Positions 58,406 to 64,000 of a stretch of 64,000 nt of DNA are shown piece after piece. The position numbers were made by a program, and so were the translations under genes. Origin of the DNA: Amoebidium appalachense (taxonomy: Eukaryota; Protista; Ichthyosporea). The number at the start of each line of letters is the position of its first letter. Within the stretch, counting starts at the first letter, position 1. Location of the stretch: positions 2,803,087 through 2,867,086 of the forward strand of contig CAVNZM010000003.1 of NCBI GenBank assembly GCA_963693365.1. Reading direction: 5' to 3'. The notes under the pieces are model-generated. The model was not told the DNA's origin, ran no database searches, and saw only the letters and a program-made list of their open reading frames with translations.

Positions 58406-59571
58406 GCCCCAACATAATCATCTGGTACTTCCCCCTGCACCCCTTCCTCCTCCACGTCCATCTCTCCATTCTCCTCCTCTTCCTCCCCCTCCTCCTCTAC
58501 AGCCCCGTTTTCATACGTTCCATGTTCGTATTCAAGATCCCACCACTCAACCTCTTCCTCCACTGCTTCACCTCCTTTCCGTCCGATTTCGACTCTTCCT
58601 GCCCGTTCGTCCCCACCCTGCTTGTTTTCTGTGCTTTTAACGGGCTTTTCCTTCCCTCTTTTCCCCTTTCTGACCCGTTGTATATGCTGGAGCAGATCTG
58701 TGAACACAACCCCCGCAGCTACCGGCCTTCCCTCGCGTCCCCAGGCCCGGCACGCCTCACTTACAGCTGCGTGCAAAGTGCCCATGCCGATTCCCCTGAG
58801 CTTTTTCACATAATCACAGCCATTCACAATAGCAAAATAACGCAGTATTTCTATATCCCATCCGTCGAAGTTGTACTTCGTGCTTCTGGTAAAAACATCG
58901 GCGGGGGTTACAATCACTCCGTACAGTTTGGGAATGCGCACCGCATTAGCGGTCCCAGGGATGACCGCCGCATCCGCAATGCGCAGTTTGTATACAACCC
59001 GCGGGATGTTATACAGAAGAAGGTCGGCATCCTCAGTGACAACAGTGTGTGCCAAACCGGTACGTGCCATATAGGCAAGCTGGGGGTCTGCTTCGTATGG
59101 AGCTACTGTGTAATCGACATTCTCATCTTTCAGTCTAAGGATGATTGCATGTAAAACTCTGTTATCTAACTCTGCAGCGCTTCTCCATTTGTTTTTAGTT
59201 ACCTCCTCCTGTTTCTCTCTTTTTGTGGCTATTTCTTGGCGGGCTTTGACCACCTTTTCTGCACGGTCGTTATCAACTAGTTTTCCCTCTTTCAATCTGC
59301 GCCCATCAAACACATAGTGTGGCTGGACCCCTGCTAGCCTATACGTATTAACTTTGGACATAAAGTGATTTGCAATAGCTGCATATGTGTCGTCTGTGAC
59401 TTTTTTGTCATCTATTTGCTGTTTGGCTACTGTGTCAGCGAAAACTGAAAAGGACTTGTGGACCTGCACCATCCCGTCAAAAGCAACTACCCCACGTTGC
59501 AACTCTGCAGTAACATCTGTGGCTTTTTCGGCACTAATGCCGAGTGCTGGGAGCAAGCCCTGCACACCCAT
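58315..59571 (-). CDS. EXO1-like XPG/FEN1-family 5' nuclease, intronless, transposon-borne
   Basis: MGVQGLLP, VAFDG, PHYVFDG, VAPYEADPQLAYM, VVTEDADLLLY, H3TH motif NGCDYVKKLRGIGM, and EXO1-like VPDDY..KANIIFLHQP. All acidic catalytic positions appear intact. Confidence 0.93.
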   Translation of the reverse strand: MGVQGLLPALGISAEKATDVTAELQRGVVAFDGMVQVHKSFSVFADTVAKQQIDDKKVTDDTYAAIANHFMSKVNTYRLAGVQPHYVFDGRRLKEGKLVDNDRAEKVVKARQEIATKREKQEEVTKNKWRSAAELDNRVLHAIILRLKDENVDYTVAPYEADPQLAYMARTGLAHTVVTEDADLLLYNIPRVVYKLRIADAAVIPGTANAVRIPKLYGVIVTPADVFTRSTKYNFDGWDIEILRYFAIVNGCDYVKKLRGIGMGTLHAAVSEACRAWGREGRPVAAGVVFTDLLQHIQRVRKGKRGKEKPVKSTENKQGGDERAGRVEIGRKGGEAVEEEVEWWDLEYEHGTYENGAVEEEGEEEEENGEMDVEEEGVQGEVPDDYVGACVKANIIFLHQPITYRHPNTRAWVPRWTI

Positions 59572-60155
59572 GGTAAAAGTGCATGTATTCAAAGTAGTTT
59601 CTTTTCATGAAAAAAATTCTTTCGGGTTGTGCGCCCTCTGCGTTAACGTGCGAACACAAAACTCGTTGTACGGTGTGGGTGCGTAGCAACGCGTTACGTA
59701 ATCAGGGGGAAAAAATGCGGCGCCAGAAAGAAATCGGGGACCACTCAAAATCGCCGATCCCGTATCCCTTAATGGGCCGACTCAGTCTGTCTCAGACTTC
59801 ACTGATGTGATCCCCGTACTGGGACGGCTTTTTTATATAGCCCCCAGGTTTCGGATCAAGGCCCAGGATTGGTTCATCCGCGGCCAGCGCGGGTGGCAAC
59901 ATGCCATTCGTGATTCTGGTGCGGTCCGAGCCAGCGAGTCAGACTTTCGTCCTATATATGCAAACCTCTTATTGGTCCACTTCGTTTATGTGGTATGCAG
60001 CAATAGAATCATATATGGTTCAATTCTTAGGTCAGAGTGAGTCCTATTGGTGCGGACATAATATTTATGTGATATTCATGACAAAGCACGAATCGTGTGC
60101 TAGTAGATCACATTCTTTAGTAAACATGTACAGTTCATGTGTACAGTTGTTTACA

Positions 60156-61090
60156 ACTATAGGTACAGGTTTAGATGATAATGTAAATGTGTGTAAGTTG
60201 TTAGCTATATCAGGTACAAGAACACCACATTTGTCTATGTTAAGGATCATAAGGTTTGCCTTGCACCACTCTGACACTACATCGAACAATCTTTGCAGGC
60301 GTCTAGGGGTACGGGCAAGGAGGGACAGATCATCAGCATAGAGAAGTGCAGGCGGAAAGTTATTAATAGGGTCATCGTTTTCGGCATAAATCTTGACAGC
60401 CAAATCATCTATAAATAGGTTAAACAAAAAGGGGCTAAGCAATGAACCCTGCAAGAGACCTCTAGTACGAGCAAAACCATATGAAAGATGCCCATTAACC
60501 ACAGCTCTACCATAGGTTTGAGACAAGAGTGCTTCTAACAAAACACCAATGCAGTGTGGTACACCCCGTGCAGCAAGCTTTTCCCATAGGAGACCAGGGG
60601 AGACAGAATCGTAAGCAGTTTTCCATCAATAAAGCCAACATATCGTGCACTATAGCTAACTTGCATAGAATCGTGCAGTGCCATTATTTGAACATAACAT
60701 GAATTGTTTTTACGAAAAGCGGATTGGCATGGGTGTATGTGAAGAATAGATTGAAACCTAGGGTGATGTGCAAATAACCTAAGTAAGCAAGCTTCAAAGA
60801 ATCTACGAACAACCTGGGTTAGTGTGATGGGGCGAAAGGATGATATGGGGCCCTCAGAGTCCTTCTTAACTATGGGGATCACTAAGGTATCTAACCAAGA
60901 TGACGGGACATGTCCACATTTAACACACCAAGAAAAAGAGAGAGCTTAACATGATAGTAAGATCACTGTTTAATAGCACGATTACTTTCCTTTTGTGGGT
61001 AGGACTCGGGAACAAGGATTTTAAGAAACCCAGCAGGGAGTCCATCAGGTCCACAAGACTTACTAGAGCTATAACTAGATATCACAGACC
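60156..61090 (-). mobile_element. Non-LTR retrotransposon reverse transcriptase region (5'-truncated, frameshifted)
   Basis: KSCGPDGLP, IPIVKK..FRPITL, QSAFRK, FIDG(K)/AYDSV, GLLQGSLLSPFLFNLFIDDL, LLYADDL, LNIDKC. Confidence 0.95.
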
Positions 61091-61675
61091 AAAATACCCA
61101 AACCCAAAGCTAGATTTTAAACCCAGATGTCACGCGTGCGGCATGACCGCCGCTTCGCACTGCACGTCTATGTATTAAAAAATAAAAATAAAAGGTATAC
61201 TATAATAAGGTATCACTGAAAAATATACATATACTTATGTTCCCTATTAATTATATATTTTTAAGCCGAAAGTGTACCAGAAATATACTTAAAATCTTAG
61301 TCCTTGGCGTTTTCTTGCTTCTTCTTGTTGTCGCTGAAGCATTTGGGTTTGGGTTTGGGAATCTAGAAGACCCCCCCCCCCCCCCCCCCCCCCCCTCTTC
61401 TACTTTCCTATCCCAAACCCAGATTTTGGACCGTCAAACCCAATTCACCTGCCTTATTTGGAAAAGATGTGCTATCAAAGAGGCGCTTTTCTCATAAGAT
61501 TCAGGTGCTTGATGGTGATCTATGGCATATCCGACCACGCGATCATTGGTAGCAGATTGAAGTGCAATATTTCACTATCCAATCGACCGACAATACTAGT
61601 ATTAAACTTTGAATCTAGGAATCTGGGTTTGGGTTTGGGTATTGGGGTGGGGTATAGTCGCCCAGTGACTTCAAC

Positions 61676-61810
61676 GGGGTTTACGCTGTTTACTCGAGGC
61701 AAAGAGAGACCAGTCTCAAGTATGGGGGGGTTTTGCTCGGAATATCCCCTCAGCGGTATATCATGATCACTGTCGGGTGATGATTATATATCAGGGTTTA
61801 CTTTCTCTAC
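61676..61810 (+). repeat. Dispersed repeat R, second long copy
   Basis: Matches 51190-51340. Confidence 0.88.
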
Positions 61811-62219
61811 CAGACACCATAAAGAGTTCGACGATTTTCTGAGGGTACTGCGCTGCGCACTTTGTTTCGTACTCGGTTTGTGCCTCCCTTAATCAGCCTG
61901 AGTATGTTTGGATCGTCGTCTGCTGTTTGTCGTATGGAGGAATTGTCTCTTCGTTTTTGTTTTCATTTAGTTAAGATACCTGATGGTCACCCTCATAAGT
62001 TATGCTTTCTTTCCCCCCCCCTCCCTCCATCCCTCTTCCCCCCCGATTCACCAACGCTACTTCTGAATGTCCTCAGCCTACCCTCTTTCAACCTGATTCT
62101 CCCTCTCGCTATCTCACTCCCTCTTTCTTTTCTCTTCCTGTTTTTTCTGCCTTTTCGCGTTATTACCATACACAGTACAAGTTTCTTTCTCGTTCTGATA
62201 GAAAAATCAAAGGTAAAAC

Positions 62220-62812
62220 TCAGTCGGCATGTGTTATGATCCTTAGGCAACACCGTACTGATCATTATCGCTTTTTGGGAGCTTTGGCAGGATATAGTAT
62301 AATCTCCTGCTGTACGTATGGATACCACCCTATAGTAGATAAGTCTGTATGGTGCTCTGATGTTGATATTGCCTGGGAAGTTGTGCAGTGGCGTTGTAAT
62401 TTTTGTTTTCATCGCCGCTCGTGGCACTTTTGTACTGAACTTTTTAATCGCAAGCATGTTGATAGGTGTGAGTTTTTATGTCGCGTTTTACCTCTTTCCC
62501 TACGGGTGTCTGCTACACTGGCTGGCAATGTGACCACTTTAGAATCTTTGTTGAATTCTGTTGGCCGTTACATTGAGTATTTATATGATTTTCACACAGT
62601 GTTCAGGTATCTCAGTATGCACTGGCACTTGTTACTGGATAACTCGTGAAGTTTTTTTATTGTCTAAGTTCTCATTATGCCGTGCATACTTGCATATCTT
62701 TCCGTCGAATAAATCCAGTTAAAAGAAAAAATAATTTTTTTTTATTGTTTTCTCAGTATGCCGTGCATACTTGCATATCTTTCCGTCAAATAAATCCAGT
62801 TAAAAGAAAAAA
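62220..62812 (+). repeat. Dispersed A-tailed repeat with tandemly duplicated 3' end
   Basis: Matches the reverse complement of 28960-29474. The terminal ~75 bp ending AATAAATCCAGTTAAAAGAAAAA occurs twice (~62655-62732 and ~62738-62815). Confidence 0.82.
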
Positions 62813-62976
62813 AAAACCATAAAGACTAAGAAATTTTTTCTATAATGAATTTATTGATGTGCTCATAGAAGGTGAAAAGGCGAGATAGCAGATATTCCGG
62901 GATAAAGAAAAAACCGCTCATGAAAAGAAGATATCGGCCAAAAAAAAAAATACATGGTGCTTTAGATAACATCGTA

Positions 62977-64000
<1,024 letters not shown>

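Larger units (their letters stand above)
55892..59771. mobile_element. 3.88-kb TIR DNA transposon, ISL2EU/PIF-Harbinger-like, carrying an EXO1-like nuclease
   Basis: 17-bp TIRs TAAGGGATACGGGATCG (55892-55908 / 59755-59771). Subterminal inverted 14-mer CTTTCTGGCGCCGC (55922-55935 / 59717-59730). AT duplicated at 55890-55891 and 59772-59773 relative to the empty site in the sister LTR. Confidence 0.93.
52660..60155 (-). mobile_element. Non-autonomous LTR retroelement with 5-bp TSD ACTAT
   Basis: Two 484-bp LTRs with TGTAAACA...TGTTTACA ends (52660-53143; 55790-55890 + 59773-60155). TSD at 52655-52659 and 60156-60160. PBS and PPT present. The 2.6-kb interior has no recognisable RT, RNase H or integrase motif. 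Confidence 0.95.

Noticed and set aside
57132-59154. Plus-strand ORFs (243, 188, 291 aa) inside the transposon
   Set aside because: Antisense shadows of the SWIM and EXO1 ORFs with no recognisable motifs.
58315-59571. Host EXO1 gene or an endogenous giant-virus gene
   Set aside because: It is intronless, enclosed by TIRs inside an LTR and linked to a SWIM ORF, with no other viral hallmark genes nearby.
55891-59772. piggyBac/Kolobok assignment from flanking TTAA
   Set aside because: The empty site in the sister LTR has no TTAA, so it cannot be a TTAA target duplication. Kolobok affinity of the proteins is not fully excluded without a phylogeny.
61342-61645. Telomere-like (TTTGGG)n runs, and AAATACCCAAA at 51178 and 61092 as a LINE TSD
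   Set aside because: Only 2-3 units, non-terminal. The same motif recurs locally in both orientations, so the apparent TSD is not convincing.

Overview
Intron-rich eukaryotic genomic DNA, probably a unicellular opisthokont-like protist or fungus (inferred from CTRAC branch points and gene content). Introns are packed with (CA)/(GT)n, poly-C/poly-G tracts and minisatellites. The first ~51 kb holds about eight spliced genes: an exostosin-like glycosyltransferase, an EF-hand/PIP5K fusion, glycine cleavage T protein, a decayed zf-C3Hc3H (INO80D/KANSL2-like) gene, a small unknown gene, an LPCAT3-type MBOAT, a RAD51AP1-like gene and dynactin p62. The last ~13 kb is nested mobile DNA: a non-LTR retrotransposon is split by a non-autonomous LTR element (484-bp LTRs, ACTAT TSD, tRNA-Arg-type PBS), and one LTR is split by a 3.88-kb TIR DNA transposon. 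That transposon is the main candidate novelty. It has ISL2EU/PIF-Harbinger-like features (AT TSD shown by the sister LTR, an internally deleted THAP-DDE transposase, a convergent SWIM-finger ORF), but carries an EXO1/XPG-family 5' nuclease where a YqaJ/lambda-exonuclease would be expected. All homology calls are motif recognition by eye, not database searches.
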